DNA of 64,000 bases, taken from positions 372,001 to 436,000 of the forward strand of contig DF236962.1 in assembly GCA_000708835.1 (NCBI GenBank), written 5' to 3'. The stretch is from Klebsormidium nitens (Eukaryota > Plantae > Klebsormidiophyceae). The position numbers and the translations under genes are program-made. The notes beneath the pieces were generated by a model, which saw nothing but the letters and a program-made list of their open reading frames with translations, was not told the origin of the DNA and searched no databases. Below are positions 11,109 through 24,700 of the stretch, piece after piece. How positions within the stretch are numbered: position 1 is the first letter of the stretch; each line of letters starts with the position of its first letter.

Positions 11109-13394
11109 GCGATGGGCTGGATGGCTTCGCGGAGTACTCTCCAAAGAGAAAGCTCTTTCTTCGTGGGGAAGGGGGACTTTTCTAGAGGAAAAGCAGGTAG
11201 AGCTTTGTTCCCGGAACCCTTCTGATGGAGCACGAACAAAGGCGTCCAATAAGTGTAGCTGTTTGTATAAAGAGCTGATTCCTTGGAGATAAAGCGAGAC
11301 TTTGAGGCGTCAATGCAGAGCGAGTGTGGGTATGGTTTTGGCGCCCAAGGATACCAAAAAATGAATACTGAGATTAGCCAATTCTTCAAAGTGCCGACCG
11401 TGTTTTTTGGATACTACAATATAGCACTATCTGGGCACAAACTTTCTGCTCTTTGAACCATAGAGAGCTGAGCGCCTGCTTTTTAGCTACGTTCGCCTTC
11501 AGGTCAGAGGAGAAACGTTTTAGTCGGGCAGTGAATAAGGCGGTCGCAATCTGTCTCATGCCAGTGCCGCTTTGAAGCGTGATGGAAACTTGTACATGAC
11601 GCAGATTTGGATTCTGGGCTGGACGGCCGGGTAATTCTTGTCAATAGCAATGGACCTGATCCTATTGTGATGATGATTCAGGTCTTTCATCTTTTCTGCG
11701 GGTCTCTGCGCTATACAACAAGGGTTAAGGGCGAGTCGTCCTTTTGAGATACTTTTACATTGTCTATCTGGAAGAAGATACTGATCTGTGTCCGCGGTTT
11801 TCCTTTCTGAAGAGAAAGAAGAGTCTTCTGATGGGCTTGGACATTTGGTTTTGGATCTAAACATTCAAACATGCTATGCACATGAGCTGCCTCATTCTAC
11901 TCTTGTGTGTACTGCCAGCTCGCGAGTCTCAAGGTTCTTCAAAGCTTCCGAATGCAACAAAGCATACGACTTTGCATCACGCTCTGACGTGATGGTCCAA
12001 AATTCAATCTGATGAACGGCTCATGTTGCAAAGCGGAAACGTCCTCTCAACTCTTGCTCGTGTAATATGCCATGACAATTTGAAGCACGAATTACTGACT
12101 GATGACTTCGTCTCGGCGCTCGTCTTCCATGAGTAGTTGCTGTCAAGCATGTTCTGATCCGTTCTCAAGAGCCTGAAAGCTGGCTTCATGATCTTCGTTT
12201 GCTGGAATTCGTATCAATCAAAGAAAATAGTCGGCTGAACACACGTCAAAAGAAAAGCTGGCGCAGAAACGCCAAGATGTCACTGAGTCATGCCACGGTT
12301 CCAACCGATTTTGGCGGTCAATACTTGGTCAGCGAAGCACAAAGCATTGGTTTGACGCCGCAACCCATATTTCGGTGGAGTGAGTTTCGTCGTTGAGGGG
12401 TTGTCGAGTCACTCGAAGAGGTAATCGGCGATCGATGCGATCTTCCAGATTCCTTGTAGAAACTTTCTGCCACAAGCTCGATGTTACAAACAGATTCTGA
12501 AATAGACGAGTTCGTTTGTTGGGGTAGCAACAAAAGACAGTTGCCCCCAAAACGCGATGCAAACAGCTAGCTCCTGGAACTAGTGGATCCTAACCGGCAC
12601 TTGATCTGCCGGTGACCGGATGACCTTTCGCATAGCCTGAGAGCCTGAGAGCGAATGGCACAAATAAGCTTCATGCCAAACAGCAAAATCTTCGCGGATT
12701 TGAACAGGAAAAAAATTTGGACCATTTCTCGATTTGTGCGTGTCATCCTTGCGCAGGGGCCATGCTAATCTTCTCTGTATCTTTCCAATTTTATCGAGTG
12801 TTCCGAAGAACGAAAAAGTTGTGAAGTCTAGCCATATAAACGCGGACAGAAAGCAGAAGATTGTGTGTGGGTCTTGGACAGGTACGCTATCGCAACCGTT
12901 CGTTGTTTTCTTCCTAGATTCTGCACCGTCGATGAAGTCACCGAGCAGCAGAGTTGAAACTTGAAAGAAGCTGCATGGGCACCGCGCTTTGCTGAGCCTG
13001 CAGGAGAAATGACTGCATGCAGAAGCATGAGAGAAGACAAATACGACAGGAACATCCGGTGGAAAGGACGGATGATTCAGGTAGCGCAGAGCGGGGAGAA
13101 AAAGATGGAACATTTAGTCTAACCGAAGGATACAAGCTCCTTCTTTTATGTCATAGTCGCGTGCTACCAAAGGTGTCACGCTAGTCTGGCTTCAACAGGC
13201 GTGGATGATTAGAGCCCCACAGTGTTCTAGCGGCTTCGGTTCTGCAGGCACAAGCATTGTAAGTCAATATCATGTCCTCGTATTTGTGAACAGCATTGAT
13301 CACTGGATGCAGGTGGTTGCTCTCTCAAGGAGTCTGGGGTCCGCTGGAAGCCATAGCTTTCTTCCACTGCTGTGCGTTTATCACCGGCTGATCG

Positions 13395-16300
13395 ATGGCG
13401 GTAGAGTCAGCCATTCAATGCTGTCTGCTGAGCAGGTCAACCGCCGGCGCACTCTTCCCGAACAGGGACACAGCTTTGAAACTAGCCACCCGCCCGCTCA
13501 ACATCGCTCCGCCAGACCCACTGCTCCAGCAAAACCCATCTACAACCACTAGGAAACACTCCAGCTCTTCAAGCACTCGCCGACGGTGTCACCGAAGTAC
13601 ACATCTCCAGTGCAATGTGGCCCTATCGAGAGCTAAATGCAGTACCCAGGGGGTCAGATGTTTCAGCAGCCTGGGCTCAAACAACCTTTGTGGGGGGCTG
13701 ATTGCCTTAAGAGGCCCTGTTTTTGGGGTGCCGGCAAGGCGAAAGCCCCGGGCAGTGACTGCGATGGCGGTGGCAGGGCCTCTTGTGGGGCCTGGAGCTG
13801 GCGCAACTCTGTGGGCCGTCTTGGCTGCGGCCGCTGCTGCGGGACAGGTAGATTTTCTCTTCTTTCTACAATCTGCAGAGAAGGCATCTGTTTGATAACG
13901 AGGTTGACAATGAAAAATCCTTATTCTGTGGGCCTAGATCAAATTAATCTGAGCGCCAATCAAACGTGTTGCCAGCCAACCGTGTTGCGGAACTGCACCC
14001 GATCCTTTCTCTGGAATGCCAGTCGGGGCGCCAAGAAGAAAGGTCCTCGAGTTTATGTCACAATGAGTTGCCCGTGGCATTTGCCCCTCCTTGTGGGGCC
14101 TGTGATCAGATCTTTCCTTGCTCAAACTAACCAAAAGATGAACGCGCCTGCCTTTGCTACCTCCGCTCAGCGCGCCAGTCAGGATGATGTAAGGCCGCCA
14201 GTCAGACGACGGATCAGAAGAGGAGACAATTACCTGCCAATAGGAAGGGAAGTCGACAGGCCGAGAAAGTTCATCAGTTCAGGTTTGATAAAGTACATAA
14301 CGCTTTCACTCTCTCTGCACCAGGTCCTTGAGAACCGCACGAAATGGGGCGCCTCTGTCTCGGCCCCCTTGCTGACGATGGGCATCTCCATCGCCCTCTC
14401 TTGGTCAGGGATTATCCCCACTGCCTCCCCTACATTCGAACTAGTATGGTCCCAAATCATGCCGCTCGCGGTTTGCTTCTACCTGCTCGAGACGGACGTA
14501 AGGAAGGTGTTCAGGTATGGGACAGTGTTAGTTTGAGCTTGAAGTTTTGCATGGACGATATCACGTTCGCGACGGATATGCTTCTGTTCTTCAAAACTCA
14601 GTTGGTCAATCACGATGATGTTACTGTGTTGAGGTGAACCAGTTTGTTTCCCGCCGGGAAACTTGCTTCTGAGTGAAGGGCTTTCAGTTTCGGCAAGGAC
14701 CTGGAGTAATATGAAACTTTTGAAACTCAAGCGACTCTCTTTTTCCGGATGGAACACACTACTTTGCTTGAAGATGAAACACAGGCTCATCCTAAACGAA
14801 AATATACTTATCTTTGAGATTGAGTCGAGTCTTAATCGTCAAACGCCAGTTTTAAGCTCCTGTGGTGTAAGCTCCTGTGGTGTATCAAGGGGACACCACA
14901 GGAGCTTACACGTCAAATGTTCATGGGTCCTTTCGAAGCCTGGCAGCCCTCAAAGTCTACAACTAGGCGTTCCAGCAGTGTCTGTAAACTCGTCCTCTCA
15001 ACTCCTCCCCCGACTGGACCAGTGGAAGTGGCTAAAATCCCCTATGCACCACATCCAATCCGCTCTTTGATGTAGAAACTTCTGTACGTAGCCCCCTCCT
15101 CACCCCACAGCACCTGAAATCCGCTAAGCTTCCCAGCGATGCAGGCACGACCTTCAAGGCGTTCGTCATCGGCGCCTTGGGGACGGTCTTAGGGACCATT
15201 ATCGCTTTTGCATGCGTTGGGCGGTGGATGGGTCCTGACGGCTGGAAGATGGCGGCGTGCCTCTGCGCAAGCTATGTTGGCGGGTCGATCAACTACGCAG
15301 CCACGGCACAGGCGCTGGGAGTCGCTTCAGGCGCCTCTTTAGCAGCTGGTAAGTATGGGAAGAAGATCTTCCGAGGGTGACGCACTGTTTGTTGAGTTTT
15401 GCGGATGTGGCCTCTGAGTGGAGTTTTTTGTGTTGAGCTACGTGGGGGAGTCCGATCATACTGAGCCGCCGCGGCGCAGGCGCTGGGAGTCGCTTCGGGA
15501 GCCTCTTTAGCAGCTGGTAAGGAGCAATGATTCTTCGAGGGTACTTTTGTATTTCTTCGGGGTTTGGGGACGTGGCTTTGCGCAAAAACATTATGTACGA
15601 GGCACGGGCAGGAGCAAGTCAACCACGCAGCCACAGCTCCCAGGCATTGGGGATCGCTTCAGGAGCCTCTTAGCCTCTGGCGAGGCGAGTACAGCAACTT
15701 TGCAGCGTGACAAATTCCTTACTGGGGGCTTACTGAAAGGGATTACGGGACGGAGATACTTGTGTTCGAGGCACCAGGGTCCATTCACATTGCGGCCATG
15801 GCGCAGGTGCTTGCGGTTGCTTCAAGGACGTTTTCAGGAGCTGGTAAATATTGTTTCTTTTCGGTGGTGTATTCTCAGGATTTCTTGAGGATGTTTTGCA
15901 TCGGCGGTTCAGAGCCCAATCACGTGAGCGGGATCCGATTAACTAAGCCGCCAAGGAGCAGGTCTTAGGAGTGGGTTCGAGGGCCTCTTTGACGGCTAGG
16001 TTTGCACTCTTATTTCTCTGGGGGCAAGGCTGCGGGTGATTGGGGGATCGGTGAAACGGCCTTGTTATGTTCGGGGGCTGTTCGAATGACCGGCGGCTAT
16101 GACGAAGGCGTTCCGAGTTGGTTCCGGGCCGTTTTTGGCAGCAGTGGGTCAACAGAATGTTTCGACGTCGATAGTGGACGACCATGAAGCGAGAGCCTTG
16201 ATTCAGCCTCTTCAATCCCAAATCCTCGTCAGGTCATTTTCGTAAACCTGGGCATGCTGCCAACGCTACTTATTGCTCGTTATTGTTCCCTTTCGACTAC

Positions 16301-19300
16301 GTCAATTTTGCAGCCGAGAATAGACCTCTCCTCGCGGGAGCCTGTCCTTGCCCCCGTTCGTTAACCTTTCTCTTTCGTTACTTCAGGTATGGCTGCCGAC
16401 AACCTCGCGATGGCCGCGTACTTTGGAGTGCTCATGAGCTGGCCCACAGGAACAGATGGACAGCAAGACGACGATAAAAACGCAAGAAGGGCACAGTTCG
16501 AAAAGTCTGTACAATCCGAAAGAGCGTTCGGCGGAGAGTTGTTTGCCGCAGTGAACCAAACAGCTGTGTCGCTGAAAGAAAGACAATTGAACACATCAAC
16601 GGACCAGAATGACGGTGACGTGGCATCTTCTGGACGGGACGGTGAGAACGGGCTCGTAGATGATAGTGGGCGCAGTTTGGGCAGGCTGCAGAGAGCGTAT
16701 TCACAGCGGGTTTCGATCAGCGACGAAGCAGAAACACGCAGCCGGGCCGAACCGAGCGGACGGTTTTTGAGAAGCAGCGAAAGCGGAGTCGCTACCGAAG
16801 AGGTTCGAAGGTTTGGGGATGGGGGCTCAGTAAGTGGCACGGAACTAGCGGAGCGAAGCATTTCAGGCCGGAACGCAGGATCTAGCGGAAACGGAGCCGG
16901 AAACGGAACAACATACGAAACGGGATACGAAACGAGAAGCGAAAGAACGAACGGTGTGGGGTACGAAGAGGGAAAGGCTTATGGACACGGAAACGACGGC
17001 GGAAACGGAAACGGAAACGGAAATGGAAACGGAGCGGAACGGCTTCGGGAGAACGTCCAGTTGTCTGGGACCGGCGAAATTGGTGGCGAGATGGGCGATA
17101 GCGATGAACAGCACGCGCGCCCAAGTACTGAGGAAGAGCGCGCGCGCCCGAGCGCGGAAAGTGTGTCGTTGTCGTTGGCGGCGGCTGCGGGGTCGTGTTG
17201 CCTGGGCCAGGCGCTAGCGAGCGCCTTGCCACCGGCGTTTGCGGGTGAGAAAACGAAGACTGCTCCAAAGTTCGTGAATCGTTTCTGCGTTTGACTTGAG
17301 CATCGTTGTCGAGGCTGTCCAAGAAGGCCGGAGGTATGCTTTGGATTGCAGGACCCGCTAGTTGGACACGCCAGAGAGCGGAACTTGTGGTTGATCTGCA
17401 ACTTGAGTGCGAGTACTAGCTTGAAACCCGGAATGGTAAAAGCTGGCTGGTTGAACTGAGTGAGTTTGGGAGGCTTGGGTTGCGTGTACGAGGTATTGGA
17501 GTGTTATAAGGCAGACTTTTTATGATTGGGCCCAAATAGCAACATGAGAATAATAAGAGCTCATGTGTCATAGTGCGTTACATGGAGCGTCGATGGCCGG
17601 ACTCAAACGCTGGGCGTTTATGTCCGACAGGGAATGGTTTAATCAGGACTATAGTCAATTGTCAAAGAGAAAGGCAAGTAGACAAGAGAGGGAGGGCTGT
17701 CAACTCCCTCCTTTGTCAATGCACCACCCTCTCTCTTAACTGATTGCTTTGCTATCACATGTGCATGCTGAATTGCTTTGGGGACAGGACGGCAGAGCGG
17801 ATAATCTCGTGCCGTATAAAACGAGAAGATGCATATGCTAGCACAAGATTGGAATGCTTGTATCATGTATCTAGCTTGTGCTACTTTATAGTCTACACCG
17901 ACATTAGCCAGGCTCTCGTCACTAATTCCAATGGCAGTTGTACGGCTTTGGAAGGTAACGTCACCCTGTGAAAAGGACTCGCCGTGACATTACTCCTTCC
18001 AATCAGCAGGTTACGTCACCTGACTGTCTGCTTACAACTGGGTGACGTTACCCTTTGAGCTCACATTTGGTACATTTGATTTTCAGGAAGCACACTAGAC
18101 GTCGGTGTAGCAATACCAAACCGTCAAGCGTAATGACTTCTATGCGGGGTTTGCACAGTTCAAACCCGGCCACCGACACCTGTCCTCCTTTTCTCCACGA
18201 AGGCTAAACTTTTTGCAGGGCTTTTGGCCCTTCAAACGGCGGCCTCGTTACCGTTGGTTTCAAGACTCGATGCCCGCCTGACAAAGAGCGACTGATGATT
18301 CTTGACTCCTGGTTCCGGAGACGTTACTTGCCTCCTCCATCAACCGCCGGCAGTCCACATGCCTTCGGCCAGTCAGCTTTTGAAGACTGCACGATTTTAT
18401 CTTTCCGCTTGACAGACTACGCTCTTCAATAAGGTACCGCCTCGTATGCAGGTACGGAGCTGGCGCTTATGGCCGTCATCGCGTCGCTTATATCTGTCAC
18501 TGTGGGTCAATTGACGTCAGGGGGAAGGGACTCGGGGCCGCACATTGCGGCGTTTGCGGGCGCGGAGATGATCGGCGGCGCGCTGATGCAGGTCTTCTTT
18601 GCCGTGGTACGTCTTTTTCTTCTTTCGACAATCACAAAGGGGTAAACTTGGGACGCAAGATTGTTCGGTAAAGGTTCCAGACAAGGATCCACTTTGGAGA
18701 AATACCTGATCTGTACGTAGTCAAAATCCGAGCACAGGTCGCTGCATTACAACCCAGAAGTTACCGATTGAACACTCAGAATGGGACTCTTCTCACGTTG
18801 TTCTTTTCAGGTAAAAACAGCAGGCAATTGTCGCATATGTGAAGTAATAAGCCGCTCTGATGACAACGACCCCGGATCGTTGTTGGTTATTTGCCCTTCT
18901 ACCAAGGAGATGGGGTTCATCCCAGGATCAATGCCCTTCAACCAGTTGTGGTTAAGAGCAAAAGCTTTCTATGCACTGTGAGGGCGCTACCGCTACAAAA
19001 GAGATGAGTTTCTGAAAGAATGTGATCTGGAAGTACATTATCGCCCTCGGCACCATCCTCTCAAGAACTTTTGGCTCTACATTTGCCTCAACCATAACGC
19101 AGGTTGGAGCAACGGCAAGCCTTCAGGAGGCCATCAACGGCGGCTGGCCGCTGCTCATCTTCATCCTCGTGCTGCTGGCCGTCCACGTGGCATTCATCGC
19201 CGTCCTCGGCTCTAAGGTCTTCAAGTTGCCGATCCGTTCCGTGTTGATTGCGTCGAACGCAAACGTGGGCGGTCCGGCGACCGCGGCCGCCATGGCGTCG

Positions 19301-20216
19301 GCCAAAGGGTGGCCAGACCTGGTGAGAATCGGCACACCCGCTTGTGGACAATCGAAAACTCACTTTCTGCTCGTTGTACTCGTGGCTTGGGTTACCTTTC
19401 ATTGCGCGGTAATACCGTCGCGGCCAAAAGGTGGTCGAATTGGTGAGGTTGAAGAACAGGAATGAGGATGCTGATGTAGCGCAATAGTCAGTTGCCCTCA
19501 CCTGCATTCTCAATTTTGAATCTGCTTCTGATCGCATATGGACGAGGATGGTCAAAGGCGGGCAATGACGCAATCAGTTTCCGGACGGATAGCCGAGAGG
19601 GTGGGAAACTCGGCTTCGTTCGTTGTTGACATTATTAACTGGCAACTTTGGCCAGCCGGTCAACTAAAAGCTTCTTTTAGTTCAGGAGAACAGAAGAAAC
19701 ATAGCCCGAATTGTCGGAGCCTGTCGTTTACCAACTGACTCAGGCACTGTCCGGCGAGAAGTATTTCCGAAGGTCACGCATAGATTCGTCTGCACTCTCA
19801 ACGAATCTGACCATTTACGTCTGATTCTGACTTCTAATTCCAAGTACTGGCGTGACTTTCGGCTGTTGGAAGTTGCCTCGATACGGTCACGTCTGACCGG
19901 AACTCCTCGTCTAGCATCCGTGAGTAAGGTATCGGCGAGCCAAAGTCCACAGTCTCGCAGCAGTATGTGGACGGTGTAACCCATCCAAGCTTAGTACATT
20001 TCAATCGCAATCGGACTGTCGCAAAGTGTTTGACCATGGCGCCACCCAAGACACAGGGGTGGTCAGTCTTCGGTCTGACCATTCCGGTCTGCTGTCTGAC
20101 CATTCCGGTCTGCTGGTCGCTTCCAGGTGCGAGGAGCTTTGCTGACCGGAACGCTCGGCTACACCGTTGGCACTGCTATCGGCTGCCTGGTCGGGACTCT
20201 CCTCCGGGTCATGTGA
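13395..20216 (+). CDS. DUF819 (YjcL-like) multi-pass membrane protein with transit-peptide-like N-terminus; exons 13395-13847, 14324-14514, 15137-15348, 16387-17244, 18452-18606, 19103-19321, 20127-20216
   Basis: All joins are GT-AG and frame-consistent. Family motifs ASYVGGSINYAA, AADNLAMAAYF, LIASNANVGGPATAAAMA..KGW, GTLGYTVGTAIG. Ser/Arg-rich N-terminus. Confidence 0.88.
15276..15998 (+). repeat. Five-copy degenerate tandem repeat (~160-bp period) of the DUF819 exon-3 3' end plus 5' splice site
   Basis: Exon end CAGGCGCTGGGAGTCGCTTCAGGCGCCTCTTTAGCAGCTG|GTAAG (to 15348) recurs at ~15478-15520, ~15640-15682, ~15803-15848 and ~15957-15998. Confidence 0.85.
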
Positions 20217-21718
20217 TAGTGAAGGCCTTCACGGGTCAGCCCAGAAGGGAGCACTCAGGGAACCCCCGGCAAATGTTCCCAGAGCTTTACTTAGTTTATC
20301 AATAATGCGTACGAGATCTGATTTATAGCACTTCCTATATGGCCCTCTATCTATAGGACAATTACTTTTTGCACGCTTTGTTATCGCAGACTTACGCGAT
20401 AGGTTGAATTGGAAACGTATTGATGTGGGTTGACGTTGCTTTCGTGCGCGCCGGCTGCTGTGTGCTCAATGCAAGGAGGTCGAAGGCAGCTCTCATCAGA
20501 GGGTCGCAGCTTTGGTCGCGTATATGAAGCCTACTGAGGCCCTTGATGTGTGCTTGAAGCCCGAGTTAGCGTGCGATCTATGTCTTCTTGCAGCATACGA
20601 AAAGCTCGTCAAGAATGACTCGGTGGCAACTTAAGTCCAAGAAATCAAGCATGCTGATGATGTTTAGGCGTCTTGGGTGCTTATGGTGCTAGGACCATGC
20701 GTTGGGTAGCAAGCGACCATTATGCACGCATTTCATGTTTTGAAACTTGTCAGGACAGGATATCTCACGGCCTCCACTCAAATTTGATCAATCAGAATTT
20801 AGCGGGATTGCTTGATCTCATGGAGCTCCTCCGCATGGGGCCAGCGTCGTTCAAGGGCTCCCTGTTCAAGGCCGATTCATCTGAAAAGACGTACGTCCAA
20901 TTGAATGGAGAAATGTTTTTTCTAGGCCCCATTGCGGCTATAATTGAATAAAGTGAAATACATACGAATCTTCAAATCCTGACAATGGTCATGCCGGCTC
21001 CGGCCCCATCATCATGCCATGCACATTGCACCATCTTGGGACAAGCTAGCCATATGTTGGCATGCTATGCAGACTGAACTGCGGGCGAGACTGTCACTCA
21101 ACACTGCGAGTCGTGACAGTGGGCCATGCACCTTGGTCAGTAGCCGCCTGGCTCTGACTTAATTGTAGCCTGTGAGCCCCCGGCGCCGGTCTGGCTGCGC
21201 GTGCCGCGGCGATTACTACGCCGCGGACTTCGCGCGGCCGCGCCGCCAAGGTGACGTTATTGCGGCAGGCGTTGGCCTGAATCACGCGCGCACGCTCGCG
21301 TTAAACTTGTTATATGGAGCAAACCCTAATTTCGTCCCTTGGCTCCAGCTTGGCTTGTTAAGGTACTCTGAGCAAAGCTTTCATCTGCTGTGGAATGGTT
21401 CTGACGGCCCAGAAGTTTCCGATTCCCCCAAGTTCATGTGACACAGAGAAGCAATCTGTGCAAGCAATTGGGGGCCAAAATGCTGTTCACACGTTTTGGT
21501 TTCTTTGGTTGGAGGGATCCTTGTGTCAGAGGAAGAGGGCAAGTCCCTACGAAGCGAAGGCAATGATACGAACATAGCGAAGTGATGCTTTGAATGTATA
21601 TCAGTAGCCTGCCCAAAGGTCACGCTGAATTCAAGACAGTACTCAATGAAAAGGAAAAACAACCAAGCGGAATGTGGTGTGAGGGTCGTTGTATGGAGCA
21701 ATAGAGAAGCCTAACACC

Positions 21719-24700
21719 ATGGTTGAGGAAGCAGAGGGCAAACGGGAGGACCATTCTGAAGACATCTTTGATGGCATTCAGGTGAGAGTTGATGGGCTGG
21801 AAGTGCTGGGGTCGGTTTGAAGTAAAAGGGGCATGGCACGATCCACAGAGGACATGTAACCTTGAGCAGTCAAGGGCTTAGAATGACTTGATGATGTACC
21901 CTGACTCCTCGACTTCGAGGAGATGTCGTACTTTGTACTGAAAACTTTGTTTCACATCTGTTTCATATCATCAATTGCAGTCGAGTTCAACAGCTGTAGG
22001 CTTATGGCTACTCTTCATAAGCCTCTGTGCAACTCATGTTGCTCATTGTTGCTAGAAATGTGTAGCTTGCCAAATGTCATGTTAGGCTTACCAGATTTTA
22101 AGATGTTCTTAGAGGTGACAAGGGGCAGCAAAGATGCGAAGCTGTATTCCCAGTCCAGCGTAGTCTGGCAGGGACTTGATGTCAGAAGCGGATGAGCTTC
22201 AGCAATTTACCAGCCCCAGGCATGCTTCCAGTCATGGCCCCATTGCAATCAAGCCCCATGCTGGCCGAGCCATCAATTGTGTGCGTCCTGCTCCTCTAGT
22301 TGGTATGTAGACTTGCATTTGAAAAGGCTAGTACTGAGAAGTGGGTTAGATCTCAATCAGCAAATGGTTCAACTGCTTTAACGGCCAGATTGGGCCACTA
22401 GTTGACATTTTACCTATTCATCAAGATGTGAAAGGATTCCTTGCTCACAGAGCCAAGAAGACAGCCAGTCAGCTTTCGAGCCTGACATCTGGTGTGGCCC
22501 TATGAGCTGGGTTCTTTGATCAGGTTTGTCTTACATGTGGTGTCTAGCTCCATCAGACACCTGCAAAGAGGACACACATTCCCAATCAAAACTATGAGCT
22601 TTTCTGGACAATGAAGATGCAGAATATGCATCCGCTTCTTATCTTCTGTCAGGAGGATGATGGCGCAAGCGATGATGAGACAGACAGCTTCAAAGCAGCC
22701 TCGGAACAAGCATACAAGCAGCACCTAGAGGAACAAAGCCGGCGACAGGTAAGAAGAGCTCCCAAAAGGGTTCGACTGATAAGTTCAAGGTGGGAATAGT
22801 CAAGAGAAAGGTTACCATTTGGCTTTTCCAAGATTTCCTGGAGAACAAGAAATAAAACAGCACTGGGTGATACTGTTTTCCAGGTTGTGGGGACTTCCAT
22901 GATTGAAAATGGCTCTTAAGGATGAGTAGCAGACAGTCGACCATCCTAGCTTAAGCAGAGCTTGATCATGATTGTTGAACTGGCTCGAGAGAACAGGTAA
23001 GAGAGTGTTCTTGCAGGCAGCTCTCGTGAGAAGTACTGAATCCTAGCCCGACCCGATCAGGTTGCGAGGGAGTTGAGATTGCCGGGTGCATGTCAAGTCC
23101 CAAAGTGGAGATAAAGCTGCCCAAAGTGGTACAGGCACGGATCAGGCTTATTCTCGAGTGATAGGCCCTGTATTCCCTGACTCCGGATCTCTTTCCTGTT
23201 TCTTTTTCCAGAGTCTACGACCTCGAACAGCTCCAACAAGGCCTCAAACCCCGAGCAGTGCAGACAGAAAGCGGAGAGCTGTTGAGCAACAGGACGAACG
23301 TTTCAGGGTAAGTCCCAAACGCTCTTGTCGGGAGGACAACAAGTGAAGGCAAGTCAAGAACGACAGCGAAAGCGTGCTGTCACGAGTAGATTGCCGACAG
23401 TAGAGTTATGTTAGCTGTCTCCAACCGAATCAAAGAGGAAGGGAAGGTGAGACCTCGATGTGAAGTCGATGGGAGCGAACACCTCCTTGAGTGCGGTTCG
23501 AAGCTGGATATCTTGACTGACCGGTGTGGTTCAAGCAAGGGAGCTGAAGTCGCGCTTGGTAAGCGAGGGACTTCGATTACATTTGGGCTCATTGCAATCC
23601 CTGGTCAATCGTGTTACTGAAATATGGGAAGATTCGGAGAGACGTTGTCAGACAAGGCTGCCGATATTTCGCCTATTGACAATGCTTGATATGCGACCTT
23701 TGACGAACTTCACCAGAACATACTTCGTACAATGGAGAGTCAATACCCTTCCTCCATCAGCAGCCAACAAGGAAGTTTCTTCCGACGGGAAATGTCCTCC
23801 AGACGGGCTGAGGGACTCTTCAGAAAAGCTGGAAACAAGTCAGGAAGCTCGAGCAAGTTTTTCCAATTCACTGCAGTTCCGTCCTGAGACACCCCGTGTC
23901 GATTACGTCCCCCCCCGGCGGCCAATCACCGGGCCGGAGATCGACCACGCCGCCTGGGGCTTCTGGCTGAGCCCCGGGTGCTCGTACACTCAGCTTATGG
24001 GGCCCATAAGCAACCGGCCGGCGACCGCTTATGCCCCTCGAAAAGTCACGGAGTCTCTGGATTGGCGGGATGTTGTGGGGAGGCAAGACAAGGGACGGCA
24101 GCCGTGGCAGGACGTGAAGCCGTGCGATGTAAACGGAGCGTCAAAGGTACGACACTTGTTTTGCTCATGTTCTGTCACTAAGGTGTAAGTTCGCTCCTTA
24201 ACCTTCGCAATGAATAACGAAGTCGGTTGCCGATCTGGGCACGGTGCTCGTGAAAGGCTCCGAATCGCCCCTTTTCTTCTGGTCGTGCGACGAAGGTGCA
24301 GCAGGGTTTGTCAACAGCTTAACCGTGTATGAAGCTTGGTAGTCGTGTTTGTCTTTGATCAGCAGGTTTTGCAATGTCCCGGAGAAGATGGTCGCAACTG
24401 TTGACAATCTGTGCAGGATGTCAAGTATTTGTGTAGTCAGCTGATTGTGTTCGATGCGGGACGTCTTTCAGAGTGCTTATACGGTACGTGCTTCATTCTC
24501 GGGAGCGTGTGTTCGGCTGCCGAAGGGCTTTCATGGAGCAGCGCTGGTGTGTGGAATTGGATGAAACAGAAAAAGAGCGCGTTTTATTACATGCCACCGC
24601 CAGCCGTGAATGCCAAACGCGTCTGCAAAAGCCGGCATAAGTGGGTGTTCGGAGATTGGCGCAAAGAAGGCCGCTGACGTCGGGACACGGAGGCGTCATG

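Noticed and set aside
11500-13200. Several 60-177-aa ORFs between F-box paralog 3 and DUF819
   Set aside because: No recognisable motifs, no consistent splice chain and no similarity to the F-box paralogs; left unannotated.
13637-14536. 299-aa ORF
   Set aside because: Runs through DUF819 intron 1 and is coding only from the 14324 acceptor onward.
15276-15998. Regularly spaced repeats as a possible CRISPR array
   Set aside because: Repeats are degenerate copies of an exon end in a eukaryotic intron; spacers are related to each other and no cas genes are present.
24419-24484. Candidate extra exon (DVKYLCSQLIVFDAGRLSECLYG) in the hypothetical gene
   Set aside because: It has AG/GT ends but finishes in phase 1, which is incompatible with the next exon's open frame; not included in the model.
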